Source of the DNA: the human T2T-CHM13v2.0 reference genome, Homo sapiens
DNA length: 64,000 bases
Strand: one strand, 5' to 3'
Assembly: GCF_009914755.1 (NCBI RefSeq)
Contig: NC_060947.1
Shown here: positions 41,321 to 60,261 of the stretch, one piece after another
How the letters are laid out: the number at the start of each line of letters is the position of its first letter
Position numbering within the stretch: the stretch's first letter is position 1
The notes under the pieces: generated by a model
What the model was told of the DNA's origin: nothing
The model's database searches: none
What the model saw: only the letters and a program-made list of their open reading frames with translations
Made by a program: the position numbers and the translations under genes

Positions 41321-42742
41321 GTCTCATACTTCTGTTATAGTGTTAATTGCTACCTAGTTGCTTTTAGTCTCATTTGTGTAATTGTGTAACTGTTTTATAA
41401 GACCAGTGAGGTTTATACCTTTGTGGGTGTTGTTTTTTCTTTTTATGACAGTGAATATCAACCTTACGTTTCCATGATTAGATCTCCCTTGAGCATTTCT
41501 TGTAGAGTTAGTCTAGTGGTTACATATTCTTTTTGTGTTTGCTCTTCTGGGAAATACATTATTTTTTATTTCTTCAGAAGCGTAGTTCAGCAGGATAAAA
41601 AAATTTGTGGTTGGCTTTTTTTTTTTCTTTAAGAAGATGGACAATAAGACCTTAATCTCTTCTGGCTTGTAAGGTTTCTGCTGAGAAGTCCACGGTTATT
41701 CTGGTAGAATTTCCTTCATGTGTAATTAGATGCCTTACTTTTGCTGATTTTAGGATTTTTTTCCCTCACGTTGAATTTATATAGCCTGATGGTTGTATGT
41801 TTTAATTACATCCATCTTTCAATGTATGCTGAAGGTCTCTGAGATTCTTGTATCTGAATGTCTAAATCTATAGAAAGACTAGAGAACTTTCATCCAATTA
41901 TTTTCTCAAATAGGTTTTTGATACTTTCTACTTTTTCTTTTTTTTTTTTTGGAATATCTATATTTCATATGTTTGAATATTTTACATAATCCCATACTTC
42001 TTGAAGGCTTTGTTGTACATTTTATCAAATTATATTTTAAAACATTTGGTCTGGGTTAAATCTAAAAATACTCATCTTCAATCTTTGAGACAGTTATACC
42101 TTTGTAAAAAATCTGTTTGGTAAATTTTTTTGATATACTGAATTCTTTAAAAAAAATTTTTTTGTTGGTTTTTAACTTGCTCTTAGATCTCATTGAACAT
42201 ATTCAAAATTAATATTTTTAATTTTTATCTAGCATTTTAATGACTTTATTTTTGTTACAATTCATTGCTAAAGAGTTAACATGACTCTTTGGGAGTGTTG
42301 TAACACTGTTTTTTCATACTTTCAGAATTGTTCTATTGGTTTCTTCTCATCTGTGTAAACTATCTCTTCCTATTTTTGAATTTACTTTCATTTGGAAAAT
42401 TTTTTTTTTTTCTTCTCATTGAGGACGTGCCTACAATGTACATTGTCTGGGGTCTTTTGGCTTTAGTTATGGATGATTTCAGTGGCCAAGGCTCTGTATG
42501 AGTTTCTTCTTTATAGACAAGATTTGTGTGGTGGCTTTCTCGTATACTGTCTGTAGTAGTGTTGAACTGGGCATTTGAGCAGGTACACGATCCCCTTTAG
42601 GGCCTGGGATTGCAGAGGTCTCAGGAAACTTATGTCTTTACTCAGTGCTGTGCACTTATGTCAGCAGATTTTGTATTGGTTCTGTGGGTCAACCTTGAAG
42701 CCAGTAGGTATCATTTGTCATTAAAGCTGGCTGCAGTAGTAG

Positions 42743-43177
<435 letters not shown>

Positions 43178-44523
43178 TGAGATGCACAGTGGCCTGAGTC
43201 TCCCCTTCAACTCTGGATGATGAGACAAAGCAGGGTGGAGCTGGACCACCAAGTCCATCCTTGGATACCCCCATGGCTGGCATAATCATTATCCCTGACA
43301 ATGATAATAAGGTTAGTTCTTGGTGAAATACTCCATGATCTCTGCAATGAAGAGGTGGAAGCTGCCCCATTCCCGTGGCCTAGGCAGGCAGGAATGAGAT
43401 TCGCTTCACTGTCACACCCCTGTTCCAACACTCAGAACACAGATTTGTCAGGGATCACTGTCTATTTCCAGACTGCAATGAAGCTGAGAGCTGTCAAAGA
43501 CAAATGCCCCATGACTTACAACTGAATCTTGTGTGAAATATTTTCCCAATGTTTTAAACAAACAGATTTGCAGCACTTCTGCTCTCTGCTGCAGTAGTGC
43601 TGCCACTCTGTGTAGAGAAGGGGAGGGGCCCTGCCTTTGTGCAAGCCCAGGCCCAGTGGGCATACTGCCAGTGGGGACACATTTGCCCCTAAAAGACCTA
43701 GAAAGGCCATCCTCCAGTGGACCTGTGTCAATTAATTATGGTAGCAGTCATGACTGTGGGTGCAGAAGTAAGCAGGCAACAAGAAGTCTTCTCTACACCT
43801 GTGCCTGAGTGCTGACACTGGCCACTGGGATGGAACCACATTTCTTTCTTGCAGAGCCAAGCACAGCACCTGTATCTCTGCTGGATTTGGCACAGCCACT
43901 GAGAGCTCACGAGTGGGGAGCTCTCAGGTACATCTAGTTTCTTTTGTCCCGAGGAGTGCTCCTCCTTTGATATATTGTTCTTCTTCCCTTAGGAGCATAA
44001 CTCTCTAAGAACTAGACTACTGGGAACCCTGGAGCTCCCCTGGGTCCAACCAACCTTATGTGTCTGCCACAATCTGAGGAGGAGCTGAGGCATGTCTGTG
44101 GGGGCTCCAGTAACATATAGACACAAAGGCTGAGGTCCACTGGGTAGGACATAGCTCTCAATGTCTGAATCCACAGTATGGTTTCTTGCCATCATAGCGT
44201 GGTTCTGGGGAAGGGCAAGCAATCCAGCACAAGTTAGTAGTTTGGTGTAATGCTTTCCAAAAGCCCCCAAATCACCACCCACACCAGTGTTTGTGTTTAT
44301 AAGGGCAGAGGAGATCTCTGATAGTGTGGATACTGGCAATCTATCATAGGAGAAAGGGGAGCCCAAACCACCCCCACCTATTCTTTTGATAAAATACTAA
44401 GTCTTTCAGGGTTCCAAGCTAATCTCTGCCATCTACGCTCTAGCTTCTTCTCATAACCTCTCTGTTAGGCTTCAGAACTATTCCCTTGATATTCTTTCTA
44501 TTCAAGCTAGGATTATTCACCTG

Positions 44524-45061
44524 TGTATTTGTCAAGGTTCTCTAAAGGGACAGAACTAATATGATAGATGAATATATGAAAGGGAGTGTATTAGAAAAAT
44601 TCACTCACCTGATCACAAGATGAAGTCCCACAATAGCCTGTCTGCAATCTGAGGAGCCAGGAAGACCATCCAAGACCCAAAACCTCAAAAGTAGGAAAGC
44701 CGACAGTGCAGCCTTCAGTCTGTGGCCAAAGGCCTGAAAGCCCCTGGCAAATCACTGATGTAAGTCCAAAAGTCCAAAAGCTGAAGAACATGGAGTCTAA
44801 TGCTCGGGGGCAGCAAGCATCCAGCACAGGAGCAGGAAGGAGGCCAGAAGACTTAGCTAGTCCTTTCACGTTCCTCTGCCTGCTTTTATCCTAGCTGGGC
44901 TGGCAGCTGATTAGATGGTGCCCACAGAGTTTGAGGGTGAGTCTGCCTCTCCACTGACTCAAATGTTAATCTTTTTTGGCAACACCCTCATAGACACACC
45001 CAGGAACAATAATTTGCATCCTTCAATCCAATTAAGTTGACACTCAATATTAACCATCACA
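44524..45061 (-). mobile_element. MLT2A2-like LTR (3' LTR of HERV-L)
   Basis: Minus strand TGTGATGGTTAATATTGAGTGTCAAC...TACA, ~538 bp, preceded by polypurine tract caagggatggact. Confidence 0.9.
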
Positions 45062-48000
45062 AGTCCATCCCTTGTCAACTTGATCCCATACACATCTCCT
45101 GAAATAATACATAATCTTCAAATCAAGACAATAATAAGGTCATAATTATGCCTAACATAATAAAGCTATCCTTCGTACAACCGGAAGTGCGCCAACCCCC
45201 AACCCAAATGCTATTACATAAAGTTAACAACACTTAAAGGCTGATATGAAGTCAATAAAGCTTATGTCACATGATAAAAAAGGAAATAAAATGAAGATAT
45301 TTTCTTAGTACATGTGTGTACATGCACAAACATGTTCTTAACAAAATAAGGAGGAAATACTCATGAGAATTACAGTCCTTGTTTCTGCAACTGGTCACGT
45401 GGTCATAGCTGGTATTGAAGACTGTCTTCTTCTTCTACCTATTCTGTATTCCCTTTGCCTTCATCAAGCACCTCAGTGGGTCATGGTTTTTTACCTGGTG
45501 GCGTGAATCAAACCTTTATTCCTGAAAAGTCTGGGCCATTTGTAGTCCTGCCTGGATTGGGTTGTTCTAATTTCCCATTGACCTTAGTCACAGGGCATGG
45601 TAATATTAGTATTACGCCCTAAGGGATCTCCTTACCTCCATTGAAGAGTAGTAGGCTGATTTCATCTTGTCAGTCTGGGTAAATCACCCCAGCCAACACT
45701 GTCACTTTCTTTTTAGCCAGTTAACTTAGAGGTAGGAGTAGAACAAAGTGGACATGTGTCAATCTTAACTTCCAGTTTAATGGAATCATTGTTGTGTCTC
45801 CTGGTGGCAGCATTCCTCTCTTGAACTAATACCTCTAGACCAGCAGAACATAATGTCACAGGAACAGGCAGCAAAAATTTTGCTAGTGGGTCACCACGGG
45901 TGATGGTGAGTGGTGCCACTTTCACTTTCCCCATTGATTCCTGGACCCGTGAATCCTGGCTATGGGAGAAAAAATACCATATATTGGATGTTGATTCAGA
46001 GCATACACAGCCTTCTGGAGAACTTTGCTCTAGCCCTGCAAAGTATTTTCACTTGGTTGACATTGTAATTGTTACTTCAAAAGGCCATTCCACTGTTCTG
46101 TCAATCGAGCTGCTTCAGGATGATGGGGAACATGGTAAGACTAATGAATTCCATGAGCATGAACCCACTGCTGCACTTAATTAGCTGTAAAGTGTGTGCC
46201 TTGGTCAGAGGCAATGCTGTGTGGAATACCATGATGGTGGATAAGGCATTCCATGAGTCTTCGGATGGTAGTCTTTGCAGAAGCATTGCATGCATGATAG
46301 GCAAACCCGTATCTGGAGTAAGTGCCTATTCCAGTGAAGACAAACTGCTGCCCTTTTCATGATGGAAGAGATCCAGTATAATCGACCTGCCACCAAGTAG
46401 CTGGCTGATCACCCTGAGGAATGGTGCCATATTGAGGGCTCAGTGTTGGTTTCTGCTGTGGGCAAATTGGGCACTCAGCGGTGGCCGTAGCCAGGTCAGC
46501 CTGGTTGAGGAAGTCCATGTTGCTGAGCCCATGTGTAACCACCATTTCTGCCACCATGACCATTGGGCAGTGACATTGGTGGCTGAGGAAAGAGGCTGAG
46601 TGGTATCCACAGAATGAGTCATTCTATTCATTTGATTATTCAAATCTTCCCCTTTGGTGAGCACTCAGATGAAATACAAATATCTTCACAGCTTTTGACC
46701 ACTCAGAGATGTCCATCCACATACCTCATCCCCAAATTTATTCGTCACCAGTTTTTCAATCATACTCTTTTCAAGCCCCTGACCATCCAGCCAAACCGTT
46801 GGCTACAGACCACGAATCAATGTATAATCACATATCTGGCCATTTCTCCTTCCAAGCAAAATGCACAACCAGGTGCACTGCTTGAAGTTCTGTCCACTGG
46901 AAAGATTTCCTTTCACCGATATCCTTCATGGATGTCCTAGAAAGGGGCTGTAGTGTTGCAATTGCCAACTTTTAGGTGGTGCCTGAATATCTTGCAGAAC
47001 CATCTGTGAACCAGGCCCTAGTCTTCTCTTCCTCTGTCAACTGATCATAGGGGACTCACCATGAGACCATCAGTGCAGGCTGGGGAATAGAAGGCAGGGT
47101 GGCAGGACTGGAGAGCATGGGCATTTGAGCCACTTCCTCATGTAACTTCCTTGTGCCCTCAGGACATGCTCAAGCTCAAACACGTATATACCACTTCCAT
47201 TTGATGATGAAATGCCACTGTGCATGTCCCACTTTATGGCTAGATGGGTCAGAAAGCACCCAGTTCATGATAAGCAGTTCGGGTCGCATGGTGGTTGATG
47301 ACTCATAGTCAAATGTTCAGTTTCCATGAATGCCCAGTAACAGGCCAAGAGCTGTCTCTCAAAAGGAGAATAGTTATCTGCAGAACACAGCAGAGTCTTG
47401 CTCCAAAATCCTAGAGGTCTCCATTGTGATTCACATATGGGAGCCAGCCAAAGGCTCCAAATAGCATCCCTATTTGCCACTGAAACCTCAAGCACCATTG
47501 GTTCTGTTGGGTCATATGGCCCAAGTGGCAGAGCAACTTGCGCAGCAGCCTGGACCTGCTGCAGAGACTTCTCCTGTTCTGGACCTTACTGGTTGCATAC
47601 CAGGTACCAAGAGATGTGTTAATTTGCTCAAGCAATGAAACCATATCTGGTACAGCAGCTGCAGTTGTAGTCACTACTTGGTTAAGTATATGATAATCCA
47701 CTTTCATTCTCCAGGATTCATCTTTCTTTTGCACAGGCTGAATAGGAGAGTTGAATGGAGAGGTGGTAGGAATAACCACCCTTGAGTCTTTCAAGTCCTT
47801 GATGGTGGCACTAATGTCTGCAATTTTTCCAGGGATGTGATATTGTTTTTGATTCACTATTTTTTTTAGGTAGAGACAACTGTAATGGATTCCGTTTGGC
47901 CTTTCCCAACATAATAGCCTTCATTCTACCAGTCAGGAAGCCAATGTGGGGATTCTGCCAGCTGCTAACTATGTATATGCCAATTATGCATTCTGGCACT

Positions 48001-49049
48001 GGGGAAATAACCACAGATGATTCCGAGGACCCACTGTACCCACTGTAAGTCAGACCTGAGCTAAAACTCCATGAATTACCCGACCTACATAAGCCCCTAA
48101 TTTAACCAGATGAAGTATAATGATGTTTTGGGTCCCCTGGAATAAGCATCAGCTCAAAGCCGTGTCCAGCAGTCCCCAAGATATCTGATCATTTTCCTTT
48201 TCCCAATGCACAGTTACTCTGATAAAAGGCTGGAGGACTCCTTGGGGAAGAATGGAAGAAAAATTAATAGCATAAATTCTAGGTAGTATAGTGGGGTCCT
48301 TCCTCAAGAAGACCCAGCCTCCTCTTTATTCAACGGGTTCTGGGTCTGTAAATTGGTTCAAGTCTGGAGTTGAGAGGCTGTGATTCTCTATATTTATAAT
48401 TCAAATTAGTTTTTTTTACACTCGACCTGGAAGTTTTCTGCTCACACAAATTAAGAAAGAATGCAGTAGGCTTCCTATTAATTTCACTTCTAGGAACATT
48501 GTGATTAATTAGCCAGTGCCAGAGCTCTACACAAGTCAGACTATTCTGATTGCCATTTTGCTTCTGCTGTCCATTATGTAACTATGCCTACTTAGCCTTT
48601 AATGGTTGAGTGATGCCACTTGTCCCTTGCCACCTCGGGATCCAATTATTCCCATTGCACTTAAATTTTGTAGTTGAGTGATTGGTTCCCAATGTAAGAT
48701 CTGGCATAAAGAGAAGAGCAATCACAGAGCTCTTCAAGGATGCAGGTACTGCCCTCACAAATCTATTTCACAAAGTATTGGTAAAGGGTATGTCTTCTGG
48801 ACCTTCCCAGCTGGGACAAGTGAGTCTAAAGTGACTAATACACACTAGCATCCAAATCTCCCTAAGCCTTTGGATCCATTCCTCCACAGTAAACCAAGGG
48901 AGATCAGGCATTTCCAGCTCATTCACAGTGAGCCATCTTTGGATCCATATTTCAGCTAACCAAGCAAATAAACTATTGAAACCTTTTTTAAACTTCCTAA
49001 GCTGCAACATTAAATGCAAAATCCCTGCTTAGTGGGCCCAAATCAATAA

Positions 49050-49052
<3 letters not shown>
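45062..49052 (-). mobile_element. HERV-L internal region (partial gag, pro, pol, dUTPase; no env), defective
   Basis: gag 48768-49019 (EMPDLPWFTVEE); protease LLDT near 48165; RT N-terminus 47411-47857 (TTSPFNSPI...WRMKVDY); RNase H-region 47265-47498; IN 46101-46563; dUTPase near 45500-45900. Confidence 0.9.
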
Positions 49053-51769
<2,717 letters not shown>

Positions 51770-51781
51770 CGGTGGTGGAGC

Positions 51782-51791
51782 CAAGATGGCC
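51782..51791 (+). promoter_or_regulatory. L1 5'UTR YY1 site (CAAGATGGCC)
   Basis: Exact motif; also present on the minus strand at the 5' ends near 34280, 41305 and 62240. Confidence 0.8.
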
Positions 51792-52148
51792 TTATAGGAA
51801 CAGCTCCAGTCTACAGCTCCCAGTGTGAACGACGCAGAAGATGGGTGATTTCTGCATTTCCAAATGAGGTACTGGGTTCATCTCCCTGGGGAGTGTCAGA
51901 CAGTTGGTGCAGGACAGTGGGTGCAGCACACTGAGTGTGAACCAAAGCAGGGTGAGGCATTGCCTCACCCAGGAAGTGCAAGGGGTCAGGGAATTCCCTT
52001 TCCTAGTCAAAGAAAGGGGTGACAGACAGCACCTGGAAAATCGGGTCACTCCCACCCTAATACTGCACTTTTCTAACAGTCTTATCAAATGGCACACAAG
52101 GAGATTTTATTGCATGCCTGGCTTGGAGGGTCCTAGGTCCACGGAGCC

Positions 52149-52223
52149 TCACTCATTGCTAGCACAGCAGTCTGAGATAAAACTGCAAGGCAGCAGCAAG
52201 GCTGGGGAAGGGGCACCCGCCAT
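52149..52223 (-). pseudogene. ORF0: L1 ORF0, stopped after 24 codons
   Basis: MAGAPSPALLLPCSFISDCCASNE*; downstream SIRVGVTRFSRC lies in ORF 51792-52097. Confidence 0.8.
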
Positions 52224-52541
52224 TGCTGAGGCTTGAGTAGGTAAACAAAGTGGCTGGGAAGTTCGAACTGGGTGGAGCCCACCGCAACTCAAGGAGGCCT
52301 GCCTGCCTCTGTAGACTCCACCTCTGAGGGCAGGGCATAACCAAACAAAAGGCAGCAGAAACCTCTGCAGACTTAAATGTCCCTGTCCGACAGCTTTGAA
52401 GAGAATAGTGGCTCTCCCAGCATGCAGCTGGAGATCTGAGAACGGACAGACTGCCTCCTCAAGTGGGTCTCTGACCCCCAAGTAGCCTAACTGGGAGGCA
52501 TCCCCCAATGGGGGCAGACTGACAACTCACACAGCCGGGTA

Positions 52542-52667
52542 CTCCTCTGAGACAAAACTTCCAGAGGCAGGCAGCAGCATTTGCTGTTCACCAATATCCG
52601 CCATTCTGCAGCATCCGGTGTTGATACTCAGGCAAACAGGGTCTGGAGTGGACCTCCAGCAAACTGC
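52542..52667 (+). promoter_or_regulatory. 129-bp L1PA4 5'UTR segment carrying the ZNF93 target region (diverged)
   Basis: gagacaaaacttccagagg...ggacctccagcaaact present; function from established knowledge, binding not shown here. Confidence 0.6.
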
Positions 52668-52792
52668 AACAGACCTGCAGCTGAGGGTACTGACTGTTAG
52701 AAGGAAAACTAACAAACAGAAAGGACATCCACACCAAAACCCCATCTGTACGTCACCATCATCAAAGACCAAAGGTAGATAAAACCACAAAG

Positions 52793-53816
52793 ATGGAGAA
52801 AAAAACAGAGCAGAAAAACTGGAAACTCTAAAAATCAGAGTGCCTCTCCTCCTCCAAAGGAACACAGCTCCTCCCTAACAAGCAATGGAAGAAAGCTGGA
52901 CAGTGAATGACTTTGACGAGTTGAGAGAAGAAGGCTTCAGGCAATCAAACTACTCTGAGCTAAAAGAGGAAGTTCGAACCGATGGCAAAGAAGTTAAAAA
53001 CCTTGAAGAAAAATTAGACGAATGGCTAACTAGAATAACCAATGCAGGGAAGTCCTTAAAGGAGCTGAAGGAGCTGAAAACCAAGGCACGAGAACTACAT
53101 GACGCATGCACAAGCCTCAGTAGCTGATTGGATCAACTGGAAGAAAGGGTATCAGTGATGGAAGAAGATCAAATGAATGAAATGAAGTGAGAAGAGAAGT
53201 TAAGAGAAAAAAGAATAAAAAACAAGAAGAAAGCCTCCAAGAAATATAGGATTATGTGAAAAGACCAAATCTACATCGGATTTGTGTACCTGAAAGTGAT
53301 GGGGAGAATGGAACCAAGCTGGAAAACACTCTGCAGGATATTATCCAGGAGAACTTCCCCAATCTAGCAAGGCAGGCCAACATTCAAATTCAGGAAACAC
53401 AGAGAACACCACAAAGATACTCCTCGAGAAGAGCAACTGCAAGACATATAATTGTCAGATTCACCAAAGATGAAATGAAGGAAAAAATGTTAAGGGCAGC
53501 CAGAGAGAAAGGTTGGGTTACTGACAAAGGGAAGCCCATCAGACTAACAGCTGATCTCTCAGCAGAAACTCTACAAGCCAGAACAGAGTGGGGGCCAATA
53601 TTCAACATTCCTAAAGAAAAGAATATTCAACCCAGAATTTCATATCCAGCCAAACTAAACTTCATAAGTGAAGGAGAAATAAAATCCTTTACAGACAAGC
53701 AAATGCTGAGGGATTTTGTCACCACCAGGCCTGCCCTAAAAGAGCTCCTGAAGGAAGCACTAAACATGGAAAGGAACAACCAGAACCAGCCACTGCAAAA
53801 ACATGCCAAATGGTAA
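52793..53816 (+). pseudogene. ORF1: L1 ORF1 pseudogene (frameshifts and stops)
   Basis: Fragments 52885-53127 and 53256-53816 (YPAKLNF, AREKG). Confidence 0.9.
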
Positions 53817-53864
53817 AGATCATCAAGGCTAGGAAGAAACTGCAACAACTAATGAGCAAAATAA

Positions 53865-55606
<1,742 letters not shown>

Positions 55607-55608
<2 letters not shown>

Positions 55609-56290
55609 AAAAGTCAAGAAACAACAGGTGCTGGAGAGTATGTGGAGAAATAGGAACACTTTTACACTGTTTGTGTACTGTAAACTGGTTCAATCATTGT
55701 GGAAGTCAGTGTGGCTATTCCTCAGGGATCTAGAGCTAGAAGTACCATTTTACCCAGCAGTCCCATGACTGGGTATATACCCAAAGGATTATAAATCATT
55801 CTACTATAAAGAAACATGCACACATATATTTATTGTAGCACTGTTGACAATAGCAAAGAGTTGGAACCAACCCAAAAGTCAATCAATGATAGAGTGGATA
55901 AAGAAAATGTGGCACATATACATCATGGAACACTATGCAGCCATATAAAAGGATGAGTTTGTGTTCTTTGCAGGGACATGAATGCAGCTGAAAGCCAAGC
56001 TTTTTAGCAAACTAACACACCACGGAAAACCAAACACTGCACGTTTTCACTCATAAGTGGGAGTTGAACAATGAGAACACATGGACACAGAGAGGGGAAC
56101 ATCACACACTGGGGCCTGTCGGGGGTGAGGGGCTAGGGGAGAGATTGCATTAGGAGAAATACCTAATGTAGATGACACGTGGATGGTTGCAGCTAAGCAC
56201 CATTGCATGTGTATAGCTATGTAACAAATATGCACGTTCTGCACTTGTACCCCAGAACTTAATGTATAATTTACAAAAACTAATAATAAT
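55607..56290 (+). mobile_element. L1 3' end: first ~140 bp young-L1PA-like, remainder L1PA7-like
   Basis: Starts ttaaaaagtcaagaaac; 3'UTR ggagaaatacctaatgtagatgac...cagaactt; degenerate tail. Confidence 0.85.
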
Positions 56291-59200
56291 AAATTATCTC
56301 CATTCTAACTGGCGTGAGATGGTATCTCATTGTGGTTTTGATTTGCATTTCTGTAATGACCAGTAATGATGAGCTTTTTTTCATATGTTTTTTGGCAGTA
56401 TAAATGTCTTCTTTTGAGAAGTGTCTGTTTATACTTTGCACCCACTTTTTGAAGGGGTTGTTTTTTCTTGTCAATTTGCTCAAGTTTCTTGTAGATTCTG
56501 GATATTAGCCCTTTTTCAAATGTATAGATTGCAAAAGTTTTCTCCCATCCTGTAGGTTTCCCGTTCAATCTGATAATAGTTTATTTTGCTGTGCAGAAGC
56601 TCTTTAGTTTAATTAGATCCTATTTGTCAATTTTGGCTGTTGTTGCAATTGCTTTTGGTGTTTTAGTCATGAAATCTCTGCCCATGCCTATGTCCTGAAT
56701 GGTATTGCTCATGTTTTCTTGTAGGGTTTGAAGTCTTACATTCAAGTTTTTAATTTATCTTGAGTTAATTTTTTCATAAGGCGTAAGGAAGGGGTGCAGT
56801 TTCAGTTTTCTGCTTATGGCTAGACAGTTTTCCAAATACCATTTATTAACAAAGGAATCATTTCCTCATTGCTTGTTTTTGCCAGGTTTGTCAATGATCA
56901 GATTGTTTTAGATGTGTGGTGTTATTTCTGAGGCCTCTGTTCTGTTCCATTGGGGTATATATCTGTTTTGGTATCAATACCATGCTGTTTTGGTTACTAT
57001 AGTTCTGTAGTATAGTTTGAAGTGAGGTAGTGTGATGCCTCCAGCTTTGTTCCTTTTGCCTAGGATTGTCTTGGCTATACGTGCTCTTTTTGGTTTCATA
57101 TAAAATTTAAAATAATGTTTTCTAATTCTGTGAAGAAAGTAAATGGTGGCTTGATTGGAATAGCATTGAATCTCTAAATTACTTTGGGCAGTATGTCCAT
57201 TTTCATGATATTGATTCTTCCTGTGCATGAGCATGGAATGTTTTTCCATGGTTTGTGTCCTCTCTTATTTTCTGGAGCAGTAGTTTGTAATTTTCCCTGA
57301 AGAGGTCCTTCACATCCCTTGTAAGTTGGATTCCTAGGTATTTTATTCTCTTTGTAGCAACTGTGAATGGGAGTTCACTCACGATTTCGTTCTCTGTCTC
57401 TTGTTGGTGTATAGAAATGCTTGTAATTTTTGCACATTGATTTTGTCTCCTGAGACTTTGCTGAAGTTGTTTATCAGCTTAAGAAGATGATGGGATGAAG
57501 ATTAGGGAGATTATGGGATTTCCTAAATATACTATTATGTCATCTGTAAACAGAGAAAATTTGACTTTATCTCTTCCTACTTGAATACCCTTTATTTCTT
57601 TCTCTTGCCTGATTGCCCTGGCCAGAATTTTCAATACTATGTTGAATAGGAGTGGTGAGAGAATGCATCTTTGTCTTGTGCCAGTTTTCTATGGGAATGT
57701 TTCCAGCTTTTGCCCATTCAGTATGATATGGGCTGTGAGTTGTCATAAATAGCTCTTATTATTTTGAAATATGTTCCATTCATACCTAGTTTGTTGAATT
57801 TTTTTTAGCATGAAGAGGTGTTGAATCTTATCAAAGGCCTTTTCTGCACGTATTGAGATAATCATGTGGTTTTTGTCATTGGTTTTGTTTATGTGATGGA
57901 TTATATTTATTGACTTGCGTATGTTGAACTAACCTTGCATCCCAGGGATGAAGCCATCTTGAGCGTGGTGGGTAAGCATTTTGATGTGCTGCTGGATTTG
58001 GTTTGCCAGTATTTTACTGAGGATTTTTGCATCCATGTTCATCAGGGATATTGGCCTGAAATTTTCTTTTTTTGTTGTGTCTCTGCCAGATTTTGGTATC
58101 ATGATGCCACTGGCCTCATAAAATGAGCTAGGGCTGATTCTCTTTTCCTATTATTTGGAATATTTTCATAAAGAATGGTATCAGCTCCTCTTTGTACCTC
58201 TGGTAGAATTCGGTTGTGAATCCGTCTGGTCCTGGGGTTTTTTTGGTTGGTAGGCTGTTAATTATTGCCTTCATTTCAGAACTTGTTATTGGTCTATTCA
58301 GGGATTTGATTTCTTTTTTAGTCTTGGGATAATTTCTGTGTTCAGGAATTTATCCATTTCTTTTAGATTTTTTACTTTATTTGTACAGAGGTGTTTAAAG
58401 TATTTTTTGATGGTAGTTTGTATTTCTGTGGGATCAGTGTTAATATCCCCTTCATTATTTTTTATTGTGTCTATTTGATTCTTCTCTCTTTTCTTCTTTA
58501 TTAGTCTGGCTCACGGTCTATCTATTTTGTTAATCTTTTCAACAAACCATCTCCTGGATTCATTGATTTTTTGGAGAGTTTTTTGTGTCTCTATCTCCTT
58601 CAGTTCTGCTCTGATGTTAGTTATTTCTTCTCTTCTGCTAGCTTTTGAATTTGCTTGCTCTTGCTTCTGTACTTCTCTTAATTGTGATGTTAGGGTGTCG
58701 ATTTTAGATCTTTCTCACTTTCTCTTGTGGGCATTTAGTGCTATAAATTTCTCTCTATACACTGCTTTAGCTGTGTCCCAGAAGTTCTGGTACGTTGTGT
58801 CTTTGTTCTCATTGGTTTCAAAAAACTCATTTATTTCTCCCTTTATTTCATTATTTACCCAGTAGTCATTCAGGAGCAGGCAGTTTCCATGTATTTGTGT
58901 GGTTTTTGAGTGAGTTTCTTAATCCCGAGTTGTAATTTGATTGCACTGTTTTCTGAGAGACTGTTTGTTATGATTTCCATTATTTTTCATTTGTTGAGGA
59001 GTGTTTTACTTCCAATTATGTGGTCGATTTTAGAATAAGTGCAATGTGGTGCTGAGAAGAATGTATATTCTGTTGATTTTGGGTGGAGATTTCTGTAGAT
59101 GTCTATTAGGTTTGCTCGGTCCAGAGCTGAGTTAAAGTCCTGAATATCCTTGTTAATTTTCTGTCTCATTATCTGTATAATTTTGACAGTAGGGTGTTAA

Positions 59201-59789
59201 AGTCTCCCACTATTATTGTGTGAGAGTCCATGTCTCTTTGTAGGTCTCTAAAAACTTGCTTTATGAATCTGGGTGCTTCTGTATTTTGTGCATATATGCT
59301 TAGGATAGTCAGCTCTTCTTGTTGCATTGATTCTTTTACTATTGTGTAATGTCTTTCTTTGCCTTATTTGATCTTTGTTGGTTTAAAGTCTGTTTCATCA
59401 GAGACTAGGATTGCAATCTCTGCTTCTTTTTGCTTTCCATTTGCTTGGTGAATATTCCTCCACCCCTTTATTTTGAGCCTATATGTGTCTTTGCATGTGA
59501 AATGGGTCTCCTGAATACAACACATCAATTGGTCTTGACTCTTTAACCAGTTTTTCAGTCTGTGTCTTTTAATTGGTGCAGTTAGCCCATTCACACTTAA
59601 AGAAGCCAATCTTTCTCTTTGGCTGTCCTCAACATTTTCTCCTTGATTTCAAGTTTGGTGAATCTGATGATTATGTGTCTTCAGGCTGCCCTTCTTGAAG
59701 TGTATCTTAGTGGTGTTCTCTGTATTTCCTGAATTTGAATGTTGGCCTGTTTTGCCAGGTTAGGGAAGTTCTCCTGGATAATATCCTGA

Positions 59790-60261
<472 letters not shown>

